DNA of 57,546 bases from Octopus bimaculoides. Taxonomy: Eukaryota. The position numbers were made by a program, and so were the translations under genes. A model generated the notes under the pieces. That model searched no databases, was not told the origin of the DNA, and saw nothing but the letters and a program-made list of their open reading frames with translations. The stretch spans positions 50,876,961 through 50,934,506 of the forward strand of contig NC_068985.1 in NCBI RefSeq assembly GCF_001194135.2, read 5' to 3'. Every line of letters begins with the position of its first letter. The stretch's first letter is position 1. Shown one piece after another: positions 10,033 to 24,544 of this stretch.

Positions 10033-10510
10033 CACACGTCCATTTCATATAGGTGTACATACATCTTTCACTTTCTCTTTCAATAAATTTTTAAGGATAC
10101 AACTGCTTACAAAAATAGGGATTAATGTATAATTTCTTTTTATGTTCATAATTCTTTGTTTACAATATTGAAAAAAATATATGCAACCAAAGAAAAGACA
10201 TAATCTCTCCAGAAACAAGTATAAAGCAAGGAGGATTGTAGAAAACCTAAAGCGAGAGTCTGAACAGAGAAGCGAGATGAGATTTTCTCAAGATCAGCAA
10301 ATGCATGTTGCAGCACTTAATGCTGGATCATTAAATCAATGTTTTAATGATACAATAACTCTCAGAAACAGACAAGAGACTGGACATCTAATAATAGTTT
10401 GAAAGACCTCTGGCTGAATGCACTATCATGACCAGATACAGGAATCGATGGAGATAGATGCTGTATGCATCAAAGGTCCTTTACCCTCAGAAATGAGAAA
10501 GGAAATAGGT
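8866..10510 (+). mobile_element. Probable non-autonomous Helitron: 5' end plus decayed N-terminal ORF fragment
   Basis: A|TCTTCATATATAAATCTGTCTGTCTGTTTGT start, typical of animal Helitron 5' ends. ORF 10181-10402 (MQPKKRHNLSRNKYKARR...ESEQRSEMR) resembles basic RepHel N-termini. No 3' CTAG terminus identified. Confidence 0.45.
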
Positions 10511-11062
10511 AAAGCAATGCAATGTGTTTGTGCTTGTGCACGTGTATATGTAAATGCTTGTTTATATATTTACGTATGTGTGTGAGTTTGCGTATATATA
10601 TGTGTGTGTGTTTATGTATTTGTGTGTGTATAATGTGTTAAGAGATAGTAGGGATTGATGTCAATGGTTAAGTTGATGTTAAAAGCCTAGGGGAGGGGAT
10701 TATATTGGCAATGGTATTGTCACCAGGGTTGTTCATGAAAATTTTGAAGTGATAGGTGGAGCAACATTTTCTCCCCAAGCCACACTCCTTCCCTAAAACC
10801 ACACCCCACATCCATCCAAAAGATTCTTTTGTGTTTTAAATGTCTGTTCCCTTTTTACTTCACTTTTATTGCGGCAACTGTTGATGTCTCAAAGGGCAGA
10901 TGAAGGCAGGTGTGAAGTGATGTGTGTGTATGTGTATTCCCTGTTGCATCCTGTTATAATTAGTTATTTTGTGATAACTTGGCATGAATTGGAAGATAGG
11001 TGTGTGTGTGTCTGTGTGTTGTAAAGCAGTATTTGCTTTCTTTCTATTCAAATATACAAATA

Positions 11063-11101
<39 letters not shown>

Positions 11102-12174
11102 CCATGTGGATCGTGATTGAAAAAAGAAAAGGGAAAAGTAATATGTGATAGAGAAAATTCTTAGCGTATTTATAATGTAACATGATGTTTTGTAATTTTG
11201 TGCCCTTTTGGTTCATAAAAACATTGTTAAAAAACAATTATAAAGAAATGTGTATTGCTCACCACCAGCTTTTTTCGTTGTTTTTCTCACAATCTGCTGC
11301 ATGGATTTATAGGTGTACCTTTTTTTTTTTATTCAAACGGTTCTCACATTGTGTATACACACACATACACGTTTATGTTTCAAATGACTCATAATGTTTA
11401 TGAGTCACTGAAACACCTTTGTAAATGTAGACTTTGTTTCTTAACTTATTTAAAAATCCTTGAATGGTCATCTTCGACATGATGTCTGTTATACTATGGC
11501 TGTAGCCAGTTTACTTCGAAGGGAATATTCTAGTTAATAGTTTTATCAAAAGACGCAACATTTTACGTGTGTCATGTTGGAAATCCCAAACTGATAAACA
11601 ACAGATCAGTCCATAATGATATTCCCTTGATCCTCTATCGCTGTCCCAGTTGTGAATTTATTGAGAACATGTATGTGTGTGTATGTAATGTGTTTATAAC
11701 TATGTATTTATATAAGCATATGTGAATGTATGGCTGTGTATCTCTATCCATAACCTTTATAAACTACAAAAGAAAAAAAAAACCCCAAAAGACAAACCAT
11801 TCAACCCACCGGTCTATCGAAAAGTCTAGGTTGAGAAGTTTGGCTGTTTTTATATTCATATACATGCTATTATTTACTCACACTGACATGCTCTATCCTC
11901 CCTTCACTCATATCCTCAGTCAATGTATGAATTAGTGAATGAAGGAATTCAAAATCAGCTCAGCCTTTTTCTTGTTGAGCTCCAGTTGGAAGCATTCACT
12001 TATATGATACTTTTGAGGCACATAATGTTGTTGTTTAACTCCAAATCAAATTTTTATGAAGTCAGCTTATAATGAAAGACTTTTCATAGGGACCCTCTAG
12101 TTTTTGTACATATACGTGTTTTTTCTTTATTCTAAGACTGCTGTTTTAAACAGGTTGAACCACTGCACAGTGGT

Positions 12175-12960
12175 TCCAAGTTACTTGAACATATAATGTA
12201 GAGAGGAACATGGAAGATGATCTGAAGACTCTTAAAAGCCCAATGACTCTTCTCTATAGGACGTTAGTGCTGAGGTTCTGTGACCTAATGACATGCTCAA
12301 AATTCTGCAGCTTTCTCTTTCTAACAGTTGCCAAAATTTCTCTTTTTATCATTTCCTCAAATACAGGCTTGCTCAAAATGGTCAGTCCAACTGATCCACA
12401 GTACCCTTCGGTCACACTGAGTTTGGCAGTGACATTTGCCCTTAGGGCCCAGCTTTCACCAGCATACAGTGCAACAGGCCAAAGTAATGTCTTCAGGAGC
12501 TTTTAATTTAACATTCTTGTTAAGAGCTGTCTTTTCAGATTGCTGACCTTGCTGCCCCAAACCATACTCTTATTTCATGACCTCTGTCTCTTGATTGTCC
12601 TATATTGGGCACCCAGATATCTGAATTGGGTGACATGTTCTAAAGTAAGTTCCTTGGCATTGGACGTTGAGTTGCTCTGGTGTTTTTATCACTGCTATAA
12701 CTTTTGTCTTCCTTGTACTGATTTCTAGACAGTATTCGAAGCACATGGGTGAAACAAGACAACCTTGACAAACTCCTTTCTTCATAAAGGACCATCTATA
12801 TGTCCCTTCTCCACTCTGAAGGCTGCTTGTTGGTTCTTGTAGAGATTACGAAATAGAGTGACAGCTTTACTGTTCACACCCATCCTTTTCAAGATGGACC
12901 AGAGGGATATATGTCGCACTGAGTAGAATAGTTTTTTGTAATCTATAAAGGCTATGGATA
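12175..12960 (-). mobile_element. RTE-clade LINE reverse transcriptase fragment (decayed)
   Basis: AFIDYKKLFYSVRHISLWSILKRMGV...LFRNLYKNQQAAFRVEKG then KKGVCQGCLVSPMCF correspond to RT motifs FIDxxKAFDSV and GVRQGCxLSP, with frameshifts. Confidence 0.85.
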
Positions 12961-13974
12961 AAAAAACATACACACACACACACACATATAGAGAGAGAGA
13001 GAGCAATTGTTGCCATCATTTAATGCCCAGCTCCCATGTACATATGAAAAAAAAATTATATATGTAAACCTACAAGAAAATTCCATAATATTGGCCCCAG
13101 TAGATTACATACATATGTATAGGAGAAGCATCCATGACAAAGTAGACACTAGAGTATGACATATTCCTCAAAGAATGTCATACTAAAGAGCTCTCTCTGA
13201 CTTATAATATTTCCTGTCATTAACCAACCACTTTATAGAATGTGCCGAGTGTATTTTGTTGTGGAACCAGTAGAATAGAGGTTGTCTTGTCCTATTTAAG
13301 AATATAGCAACTTCTCTATTCTATAATGTCTCTGTGCATTTAAGACATTTTGAGCTTTCAAGGAAAGAGGGGGGGGGCAGACTTGAATAAAATTATACTA
13401 CTTTTAAAAATAATAAAACAAATATGATGTATCAGAGAACGTGAAATAATGCATAAGTTTCAAACAGAAGATAAATAGATCAATTGTGGATGAAAAGTAG
13501 GATAAAAAGAGATGCCTTCAGAAAGAAGATATAAGAAAACATAGCCCCTCACATAAAAAACAAGAAAGAAAGATGGATGGCCATGGCTGAAAAGCTTTCA
13601 TTACCATTCTGCTTAATCAGGTTTGACCTTGGACTAAATAACAACTTTGTTTCCAGTGAACAAGAAATCCTCTACCTTAGAAATTCTATACCTTCCTCTG
13701 TCAGTTATATATCATTCACGTGTTCGTGACGCTAGATCATGGGTTTGATTCCTAGACTTAGTGGTGCATTATGTTCTCAAGCAAAACACTTCATTTCACA
13801 TTGCTCCAGTCCCCACTTTTGATTAACATGGAAGTGTGGCCTGCTCACCTAGCCAGCTGGGTAGCATTATTTGAAAGCTAAAATGATGCAAAATGCATTG
13901 TGACCAATGATGTGTAACGACATCTGATAGCTTGGTCGGTCACGTGATCACATATGTCTGAATGTGTGTGTGTG

Positions 13975-14150
13975 TGTGTTTCATCATGTAACCTCGTGGG
14001 CATCGGTACCATTTTCCTCTTTCTCCGTTCTTCCATTCTCCGAACTTTCCATCTTTCCGACGAAGGGCTACGCCCGAAACGTCATACACTCTCTCTTTCC
14101 TTTCCTGAGCGTCCAATAATACTATCCATATCACGTCCTCACTTTGTTGT
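13975..14150 (+). mobile_element. Penelope-like element terminal remnant with a minimal hammerhead-like core
   Basis: CCGACGA-AGGGC-TAC-GCCC-GAAACGTC at 14057-14083 in a pyrimidine-rich, CpG-retaining island. Confidence 0.55.
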
Positions 14151-14179
14151 TTTTTTGTTTTTTTGTTATTGTTTTTTTG

Positions 14180-14182
<3 letters not shown>

Positions 14183-14242
<60 letters not shown>
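14183..14242. repeat. (TA)30 microsatellite
   Basis: Uninterrupted TA run. Confidence 0.95.
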
Positions 14243-14243
<1 letters not shown>

Positions 14244-16689
14244 CAGGAAGAGAGAGACAGATATACTAGCATATAGTTAATCATATTACGTCTACGTATA
14301 CATACATACAAAAAAGAAGAATCAGAAAGAGATTTTAAATGGCTGGTATGAATATGAATAGCACTGACACAGAATTAAGAAGCCTGAAATGTTGTACAGG
14401 AGGCAGCTATACAAGCTACACCTGGTTATACCCTCTATTCTACTTTGACTTCATCTTTCTAGTGATGGAGATTTATTAGAAAACGAACTAAGAAAAGGGA
14501 GGGAGTAAATGAGGAAGGAAGAGAAAAATGAAATGTTTAATACAGCAGACTAACACAAATAATATCTGAACATGAAATATAAAAGAGGAGGGGACAAATA
14601 GTTTCGTGAAGGAACATGGGAAGGTGAGGGCAGTAAGGAGAGAGGTGAGAGTGAAATACATGTTGGGAAAATTAAGAGAAAGTGATGACAAAGCATAAAG
14701 AGAGAAAAGGTGAAAGAAAGAGAAACTGCAAAAGCTAAAAGTGAGAAATCATTAAAGAGAAATGAAAGTGAGAGGGCTTATCCTGAGGATAACTAGATTT
14801 AAAAAGTAAGGAAAAATGCTGAAGGTGAGCAAGAATAAAATTGTAGAAACACTGTAGTTATTACTACATGCACACACATTAGTTTGGTTGTTTTACATTC
14901 GTTTTTCTACGTTGGCAAAGATTGAACTTGTACTTCTTTGAGGCAGTATTTTTACAGCTGAATGCTCTTCCTGTCACCAATCCTTACTGCTTTTACAAGT
15001 AATTTTTTTTTTTATCCCACTGCTTCAAGATTGCATAACAAAGAGACATAATGTTCACAAAAAATGTAAACACATTTATTTTTGTTGTGCTGATTTCATA
15101 AAAGAAGAAAAAAGACATTTTCATGCACATACACACATGTACACATTTATACAATAAATTTTCATAAAGTTCCCATCTACCAATTCACTCACAGACCATT
15201 AGTCAGCAATAGCAGAAGACACTTGTCCAAAGTACTATACAGTGGGACTTAATCTAAGTGGTTGTAAAGCATACTACTTAACAACACAGCCACGTCTATA
15301 TGCAAGCACGCACACACACACACACATACATACATAGTAAATAAAAGCATACACCAGGACAAAGGGACAGACAGTAATAATCTAAGCCAGAACTTAGCCA
15401 CACTGTCAAGTAAACACAGGTTTTTCTCAATGTGGCTACAAGAGGAGATTGATCAATCAAGTTTCAGCATTTATTAACATCATATCTATTAATTATTCTT
15501 GTCTACAGAGAGAACAGCAGCTTCTAGCTATTCACAGTGTATGTAAATTTGGACAGGACTAAACTCATCTGCCTATTTTGCCTAATAGTACAAACATTGA
15601 CAATATGAATTAATAAGTAACTATATAAGGCCAGGAATCTTATAGGCCAGTAAGCCAATGATATCAACCCAAATACCTGACTGGTATTTTTCTTTTAACT
15701 CTGATGGAATGCCCTTTTGTCACCAACTCTCACATGTTTCAAAGCCAGACATTCTTTCAGAGAATACTGAAAATGAATGACATTGCTTATATGACAGTGA
15801 CCATGCAATGTCAAAACAAGGAGATGCAAATATATACACACACTCACATACATACATATACGTGTTTGTGTATATATACAGTGCTCCAGCATGGCTGCAG
15901 TCATATGACTGAAACAAATAAAAGAATAAATACACAGACACATGCAATGATAGGCCTCTTTCGATTTCTGCTCACAAGACTTTGATTAGCCCAAGGAGTC
16001 ACACACGGAGGATTGAATATGAAATTACGTACATGGCTGAGAAACAAACTTAATTATATATACAGGCCCACACCTAAAATATAATATTAGCAGTTCCAAG
16101 GTTTATGTTCTGTGCTGGTATGGGTTCATATATACATAAATTCTGTTATGGGAGTGTGGTGCACATGTATGTACTTACAGGTGTAACAGGGTGCACCAAG
16201 TTTCATATCTTTACATCTACTTAGTCACGCAATAAATAACAAATGATGAATTATGTACTTGAGTGAGTTACCAAGCCCCTTGCAACCAGTTGATGTCAAC
16301 TGTTTAACAACTTGAATACGCAAGAGCAATAGTAAAGAAAACCTAGCAGTTATTCTTGACAAAGTTTGCATTGATATCATGTTCAAAAAATATTGTCAAT
16401 CGTAAACAAATAATGAAGAGTTTAAAAAAATAAAAACTAGTTAATCACAAGTGGAACATCTTTGACCATGAGTCTGTTAAACCAGGACAGACATAGGGTT
16501 ACACAATAACAATTATCTACATCTTAGGACAAATATTTTCTGTTAACAAACTTAATACAAGAAATAAAAGATGACAGGATCAGATAAAACAACAGCAATA
16601 TCTTATTGGTACTTACCTTACCAGTATTAAATGGGTAAAAATCAAAATGATCTCCAGTGTGAAACAGAAAATAGTTAGGAATTAATGCT

Positions 16690-17370
16690 GATGCACACAG
16701 AGGCAGATTGTATGATGTCTGTGTGTGAACAGCCATGCTACATGGCAATGAAACATGGGTTGTGACCACTAATGACATGCATAGGCTTGAAAAAAATGAA
16801 GCTAGTATGCTTCGCTGAATGTGCAATGTTAGTGTGATGTATGAGAGAGTGTAAGCATCCTGAGAGAAAAGTTGAGAATAAAAGGCATCAGATGTGGTGT
16901 GCAAGAGACAACTGCACTAGTATGGTCATGTAACGCATATGGATGAGGACAGCAGTGCAAAGAAGTGCCGATCTCTAACTGGGGAGGGAACTTGTGGAAG
17001 AGGTAGAGCCAGGAAGACATGGGACAAGGTGGTGAAGCATGATCTTCAAACATTGGGCAAACACGGAGGCGATGACAAGTGACCAAAACTTTTGATGATA
17101 TGCTGTGCCTGAGAAGATTTGTCAAGCCAGGTGAAATCAGTCATGGCCAATACTGGTGTCACATAACTGGCACAGAAAAGAACCCTTTGCCAGTGACAGG
17201 TAAAAAGCACCCATTACACTTTTGAGGTGGTTGACATTAGGAAGGGCATGCAGCCATAGAAACCATGCCAAACCAGACTTGAACTTGGTGCAGCTCTCCA
17301 ACTGACCAATTCCACTCAAACCATCTAACCCATGCCAGTATGGAAACGAGATGCTAAATGATGATAATTA
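16690..17370 (+). mobile_element. RTE LINE 3' fragment (C-terminal ORF remnant plus 3' UTR with GAT tail)
   Basis: Decayed ...LREKLRIKGIRCGVQERQLH*YGHV... text, followed by the aaagcaccc...aggaagggcat...aacccatgc...gatgat tail shared with other copies. Confidence 0.75.
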
Positions 17371-18019
17371 TTGAGCCCATCATCTAGATACCACTTATAA
17401 GGATAATTCCCAACATAGACACAAAGTCATAAATTTGTAAGGAAAAAATACAGTTAATTGAACTAATTAATGATTATCTTTTTACACACTGAAATAACAA
17501 ATGTCAAAAAATCAACTACGACAGTAATTAAACTCAAGACAAAGAAATTAATAGCTAAATAGTGATTGATAATGATAAAAATAATGATACTCTCTTTCAC
17601 ATTTTATTACTGATTATTAACAAGACTTGAATAAGACAGAAATAATAATTTTTAACATAGGTGCAAAGCTGCAAAATTTGGAAGAATATACAATCAAATC
17701 AATAACAGTATTTACTAGTATTGTAGTTTACTGACCAGGGAAAACAAAGTTGACTTTGACAAAATTGAGCTCAGAATATAAAGCCCTGTAGCTAAAGACC
17801 ACCTCAGTATACAAATATTACGAATAAAAAACCACCTAGGCATACAAATATTATGAATAAATAGAATTAAGATAACAATGTTTCTTACAAGCTCATCTGT
17901 GATGGTTTTCCAGGCAAGAATATGTTAGATTATGACATAGCTTGACTTAGTGACATGCGAAAGAAACAGCTCACAATCTTAACTTGCTAAAAGATTTATT
18001 TTGGTTTTAACATGATCAT

Positions 18020-18235
18020 CACATTTCATCATTATCATCATCTCTTAACATCTGCCTTCCATGCTGACATGGGTAGAATGGTTTGACAGGAGCCAGGCAG
18101 GCAGAAGCCTGCACCAGACTTCTGCAACTGTTTTGGCAGGATTTTGACAGGTGGATGCCCTTCCTAAAACCAACCACTCAGCAGAGTGGACTTAGTGCTT
18201 TTTTCATGGCACAAACACAGGCGATTTTTTGGCAC
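18020..18235 (-). mobile_element. RTE 3' UTR fragment (diverged)
   Basis: catcattatcatcatc...ttccatgctgacatggg...ggatgcccttcctaaaaccaaccactc is the reverse complement of the family tail. Confidence 0.7.
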
Positions 18236-20879
18236 CTCATCACCACTATATTTACCTCCCTTTGCTGCACCACTCCAGCAACCACCACCCCAGCCTATTA
18301 TAAAATTCAAAATACCCATGAATCTTCTCCACAACAAACTTGTCCTTAACCCAACTTCTTCCATCATAAACTAACTTCTCAACACCTCACATAAAGTGAC
18401 ACTATCACCTATTTTCCCTTTCAGGAAAAGGTGAAGATGCTCCAATTTAATTCATATTGTTACATTGGATCTTGTAACTATCTAACCTCTGGATAAATTA
18501 ACAATGAATTGAGTAACAAACTGGACAGAAATTTTTTTTCAACTACCAAACTGTACCTCACACAATCTAACACTATATAGCATTAAACCAGATTGAAGTA
18601 TGATATACAAGTCTGCTAGATTGTTATGTCATTCCTGTGGTTGGTCAGCTAGCTTGTCAAGCAAACCTAAATTTAGGATATTCAAAAACAGATGGGGGGG
18701 TACTGTTTTTTCATTTCACCTTTGAGTAGGTGATGTTAGAAATTGCATCCAACAGTAAAACAGCTGCCCCAAAATATCTCTGGAATCCTCTACTTTATGC
18801 TAGTTTGGTAAAACATAAAATTGAAAGTAAAAGAAAAAAAAACAATTATCATTTTACGGCTTTGATTTAAAATTTATCGATACCACAAGTAATATAAAAA
18901 AAGACAAAACATTTATTACACTTTTTCTCACGCACTCTTCCACTTTCAGTTTAAACCAGACAGACAACCCACATCTGAGAAACTATTTAAATAAAAATCA
19001 CTCAGATCCATTTTAAAATAAGATATTGCAGCTGGAAATAATGTATACAGAAAGAAAGGTTTTAAAATATATATATCAAAACAGATCTAAGGCAAAAGAA
19101 AACAATAAAATGATGAAGAAAAAATATCAAAATTATTATTATTATAACCACTATCATTGTTACAATCATTTTTATTCAGCTTCCAAAAAAAAATTTTTTA
19201 AAGTTACATGACACAAAATAAGGAAATTCTGAAGAATGTTGTTACAATTTAAAATATGTATATTTTCTACATAAACTCACTTTAATAATCTCAAGTACAT
19301 GTATTTACATACCTACATGTATGTGTGCAATGTCAACATTTTTTAAAACACACATTGCATTTAATTCATCAATCTTTTTAGAAGATTCATGCATCAAAAG
19401 ATTCTATAAAATTGGAAAATCATTTCAAACATCTATGATTATTTTCCTTCATTACACTTAAGAAGAGTAAGCCAAGTTATCAGAGAGGACAGTGGGAGAG
19501 AGAGGTGATAAGAAAAAAAAAAGAAAAAGACAACACTAGGAGTAGAAATGAGGTGAACATATCACTGCTGATAAGGGACACCTTCCAAGACACACCAATT
19601 AGCAGTCTTTGTCACCACCAATTGGCACATCACAAAACATGCCTACTCTTTACAAAAGCACTCTAAAAATAATTGAGGGAGGAAAAAAAATTAACAAAAC
19701 AAAAGATAAATTAAATTAAGATAAATATAAATGAAAATCTATTTGCAAAGGGAAAGTGAGAAAAATTGGGAGATGCCTCAAGGGGAGAAATATTTAAAAA
19801 GGCTACTAAGTATTAAGGGAAGAACGCAGTAAGAAGTTGAAAAATATGGGTTAAATTAATAGAAATCAAACAAGACTCATTTTCTAAAAGAAGAAAAGTG
19901 TGTTCAAGTCACAGACCAAACCTTTGTTTCAAAGATACTGTTTCCTTGTTTCATTTTCCTTGCCTTTTTCATTTTAAAACAACACTGCAGACAGTAACTA
20001 AATTGGCAGCTATTATGATCAATGCTAAGCTAGATTAAGGTGAGACAATGCAGACAGCAAATAAGAAATCAAAGAAACAATAATTTCTTGAAATGAAAAC
20101 ATAGACAAAAGAGGCAGATGAATAAATATATCAAGAGATATAATGAATGATTGAATGAATAAATACATAAATAAATCTAGTGAAGAATAATATTCCACCT
20201 CAAGGAGAAATAAAACAAAAGATGAAGAGACAGAAAGGAGGGAAGGAAGATGAAAGAAAAAGATGAAGACAAAGAAGAATAAGGAGATGAAGAAAAAGAA
20301 GACAATGATTGGAACTGTTTTGTTTTTTGTCACATAGGCATGAACATATAGAGATATTTAAGGGATATGAAAAAGGAAGTTGTGATGTAAATAAAGTAAT
20401 AGTAATAATAACAATAGGATGCTTATCTTTTAGTTATTGCAATATTCTTCAAAAGTGCTAGGGCTTTACAGATGAATTCTAATGAAAACTAAGAGAAAAT
20501 GTAAAAGAGGCCTTTAAGTTAAAACATATTCTACAATGCAAAAAAGTTTCCTTAACAGCCACAAGATAATCCAGTTCTTTTGTTTTATTCTACTGATATG
20601 AAAGACACATTGCAACAAAGTCAAAGACTTCAACAACCACAACTATTACTGCATCTTTCCACTGTTAATATAACATCCATTATAAAATTTACTTCCCTTT
20701 CTAACAGAGAAATCCATCTTCAAAAAGATGTCTATCTCTTTCACATACACTCACTGTTACATGCATATGCATACTTAAGAACATGCAGTACTCATTCACA
20801 CAGCAAGATAGAGAGGAGTTAAAACAAAATTACTGGTAATATGTTCATAGGTAAATACTGTAGAGATCAAAAAGACCCA

Positions 20880-21152
20880 TCCTCCACAGCAGACGTGTTA
20901 AGGCTGCTCCACCTGGTGAAGAGGATTAGCCTGCAAGAGTCTTGTGCCAGTGCCATGTAAAAACCTTTCATACAGGTGCTACATTAAAAGTACCCTGCAC
21001 ACACTGCAAAGTGGTTGGCATTAGGAAGGGCAATTAGCCATCTAAACCAAACCAAATCAGACTGGAACCTGGTGCAGTTCTCTGGCTTGCCAGCCATGGT
21101 CATACTGTCAAACCCATGCTAGCATGAAAAACAGCTATTAAAGGATGATGAC
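20880..21152 (+). mobile_element. RTE 3' UTR fragment (diverged)
   Basis: gtggttggcattaggaagggc...aacccatgctagcatg...ggatgatg. Confidence 0.7.
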
Positions 21153-21289
21153 ATTCCTTGCCAAAATCCACCAAACTTTTGGCTACCATGATAAGGTATG
21201 CCCAACATTAACTGATAATCAAACAAGAAATGCAAACAGAGCAACTAAATTATAATGACCCTACAATTATGAACACACATGAAGTTCTA

Positions 21290-21501
21290 CAGGGTGTCCA
21301 CAAAATCTGGGTACATGGGGATTAATACATAGTTTAAGAAACTATTATTTCTTATATCTAATTGTTTATGTCATGACTTTATTTACTCCATGTACCCACA
21401 TGGGGATTAACACATACTTTAAGAAATTATTATTTCTTCTATTTAATTGTTTATGTTATGATTTTATTTACTCCATATACTCAGACTTTGTGGACACCCT
21501 G
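21290..21501. mobile_element. Tc1/mariner-type MITE with 24-bp TIRs, TA TSD and an internal ~83-bp tandem duplication
   Basis: TA|cagggtgtccacaaaatctgggta ... tactcagactttgtggacaccctg|TA (2 mismatches). The interior is two copies of catggggattaa...tttatttactcca. Confidence 0.85.
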
Positions 21502-22289
21502 TAGATTTATAAAAAAGTTTTCCAATTTATGCCAGCCTTGAAATATGAGATAACAATAAACACCAAAGTTCAATGTAATTAGCAATACAGGCAATGGAAA
21601 ATAGGTATGCTTCACAAACAAGAAAGCACAGGATGGATGCAAATATAATAGTTATACCATGCTGAAGATACATTGGAGTAGATATAGTTATATCATGTTG
21701 CTGATACACTGAAACAAATATAAGTATATATGTATGTCATGTTGCAGACATACTGAAACAAAGTTATATAGTGTTGCAGACATATCATGACAAATAAAGG
21801 TATACAATGTCCATACTACAACCATATGGATATTGAAATGATGAGGATAACTGTAGTTCAAGTATATTTAACATAATGCTAAATATAGGCTTTTACAATA
21901 CAAACCAGACAATGATACTTGACTCTAAGAAGTATTTAAATGAGCTTTAACATACTTTTTTTCTTATATCACAGTACATGAATAACATAACTGGTAACAG
22001 ATTTCCAATGGCCAGTTACAAAGTTACATTTCCAAGAGCAAGAGTAGTAGGAGAATGCCTAACTCAGTGTAAAACAAATAGCACTACAGATATATTGTTG
22101 GTACCGGTTTTTCAGTTTCCTAACCAATGCTTACACCTTTTGCCAAAAGATACATACACACACTACACACATGTACTGGTTAATCTAAGGCTTCAAAAGA
22201 AGACACTGGTCCAAGGTGCCATGCTGTGGGATCGGGGATGGGATAAACTACCTGCATCAACTTGCTATAAAAGCAGGTAGGAATTTTAT

Positions 22290-23437
22290 CTTGTCCTTAT
22301 TCTTAGTGCAAGCTTTAAAGAGTACAGTTCGATTTTAACAGTTTTTCAAAGCTATAATGGAAGTGACAAAGGAGCATATTCAGCATATTTTGCTTTATGA
22401 GTTCAATAAAGGCAACAACATAACGGAAAGTGCAAGAAATATTCATGAGGAATATGAGGATCAGACAATAAGCATAAGCCAGTATCAACGGTGGTTCCAG
22501 AAATTCCAAGACCGGAAACTACAGTCTAGAAGACAAGCTTCATCCTGGAAGATCTGTAGAGCTCAACAAGGACATCCTGCAAACCCTGGTGGAACGAAAA
22601 TCCCATTGTAACTGTTGAGGAACTAGCAGAGAAGCTTGGATTTATTCATTCAACCATTCATCAACACCTGCGTGCCATCAGAAAAGTTAGCATATTGGGT
22701 CAATGGGTTTTACACAAACTTTCCGAGTCTAATCACGCAGAGAGAGTGAATGTGTGCCCTTCTTTGTAGTCGTGTCTCACAAATGAACCTTTATGGACCG
22801 AATAGTGACTGGTAACGAGAAATGGGTTCCCTATAAAAATGTCAAGTGCCGAAGACAGTGGGTAGGGAAAGGAGAAACACCAGCACCCCAGGCTAAAGGT
22901 GTGGTTATCTGTTTGGTGGGTATGAAAGGTTTAGTCCACTTTGAACTTTAAACCTAAACTAAATGATAACAAAGGAGATCCACTGCAAGCAGCTTGAGTG
23001 GCTTCAGTCAGTGCTAAAAGAAAAATGACCATCTTTGGTTTCAAGACGAAAGGTGTTCTTCCATCAGGATAATGCTTGGCCACATACACCAAGGATGACA
23101 TTTCAATGGCTGGAGCAGTTTGAATGGAAAACAATGCCCTACCCACCATATTCGCCAGATGTTGCCCCATCTGATTATTATTTATTCCGTAGTCTTCAAA
23201 ACCATTTGGGTGGAAAAAATATGAATTCTGTAGACACGGTCAGAACAGTACTGGAGGAGTATTTTTCAACACAGACAAGCAAATTTTGCAAGAGAGGCCT
23301 TGCAAATCTACTAGATTGATGGAAGAACATTGTAGAAAATGAAGGAGAGTATATTTTAGATTAAAAACGAACTTTGTTTATCTTAATTTTGAAAAATTAA
23401 AGTATAAAAAAAACATTATTTATGGGATGACACAATA
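22290..23437 (+). mobile_element. Mariner (Mos1-like, DD34D) transposase fossil; right TIR retained, left TIR not seen
   Basis: N-terminal HTH MEVTKEHIQHILLYEFNKG...QRWFQKF; VTGNEKW; HQDNAWPH...PPYSPDVAPSDYYLFRSLQNHL. TIR-like cattatttatgggatgacacaata at 23414-23437. Multiple frameshifts and stops. Confidence 0.9.
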
Positions 23438-24238
23438 AATAACAGGAAATAAAATAAGAACCCTTACAAAAGAATGCCATAAAGGCAAACAACTTGGCTT
23501 CAAATGGCACTTTTTCAGAAGTAAGACACACTGTATCCCATGATTACATGTACACTAAGCCTTGTCCTACATCTAAACCTCACAGTCACAATCTCATACA
23601 TTATGACATCATTTTATTTCAGAAAAAAAAAAAATTAATATCACAATCTGATATTACCCCAAACCAATAAGCCTAAAGCTATTTACTCTGTGTCCACAAA
23701 TTAATATTAGAACCCTTATTGACCAAAGCATAACTACTAACAAAAGAGATTATGGATATCCTTTCCCAACACATGACAATGCAATGATTAAAATGAAGGT
23801 GGTAATAATTGCAATTGAAAAGGTGCAATGATGATCATAAAAAAGATCTCAAGAAATATTTCAAAAGACTATTCTATAATTATAATCCTTGAAACCCATC
23901 CTTAAATAATAATTAATATGCTATCTGAAGTCCTTCAGTCCTGTTAGTTAAAAAAAAAACACACACACAAATAGAAAGCATCATAAATTAAGCATATCAA
24001 AAAGATCACAGCCAAGTTTGTAAAATATGTCTGGAATTCCTTTCTAAGAAATAAAAGAAAACAAATGCAATAAAACAAAGGATGTTAATTGTATATGGTT
24101 TCAAAACATAATTAACAGCTTGTTTCAACATTTCCTCACTCAAATATAATAAAATAAAAAATGTTTGTATGCATATTGGATATATGCATGAATGGGTCCA
24201 TTCCCTAATGGCATAGTGCATGTGTGTTTATCCTCACA

Positions 24239-24281
<43 letters not shown>

Positions 24282-24544
24282 NNNNNNNNNNTAGTTTCAG
24301 AACAACAATACATAGATCCCTAAGTTGTAAAAAAAAACTAAAAAGTGAACTTAAATGCCTAAACTATAAAATATGGGAGATATACTACTGATTTTCTCTT
24401 CCTGGTAAGACAACTGCAAAAGTATTTAGCCAGAAGTAAATAACTGTATTTGGCTTGCATCAGTCTGGAGAAAGACTTCAACAGGGTCACTTGCTCCCTC
24501 ATCTGGTGGTCAGTGTGGAAGCTAGGAATAGATGAATAGCTAGT

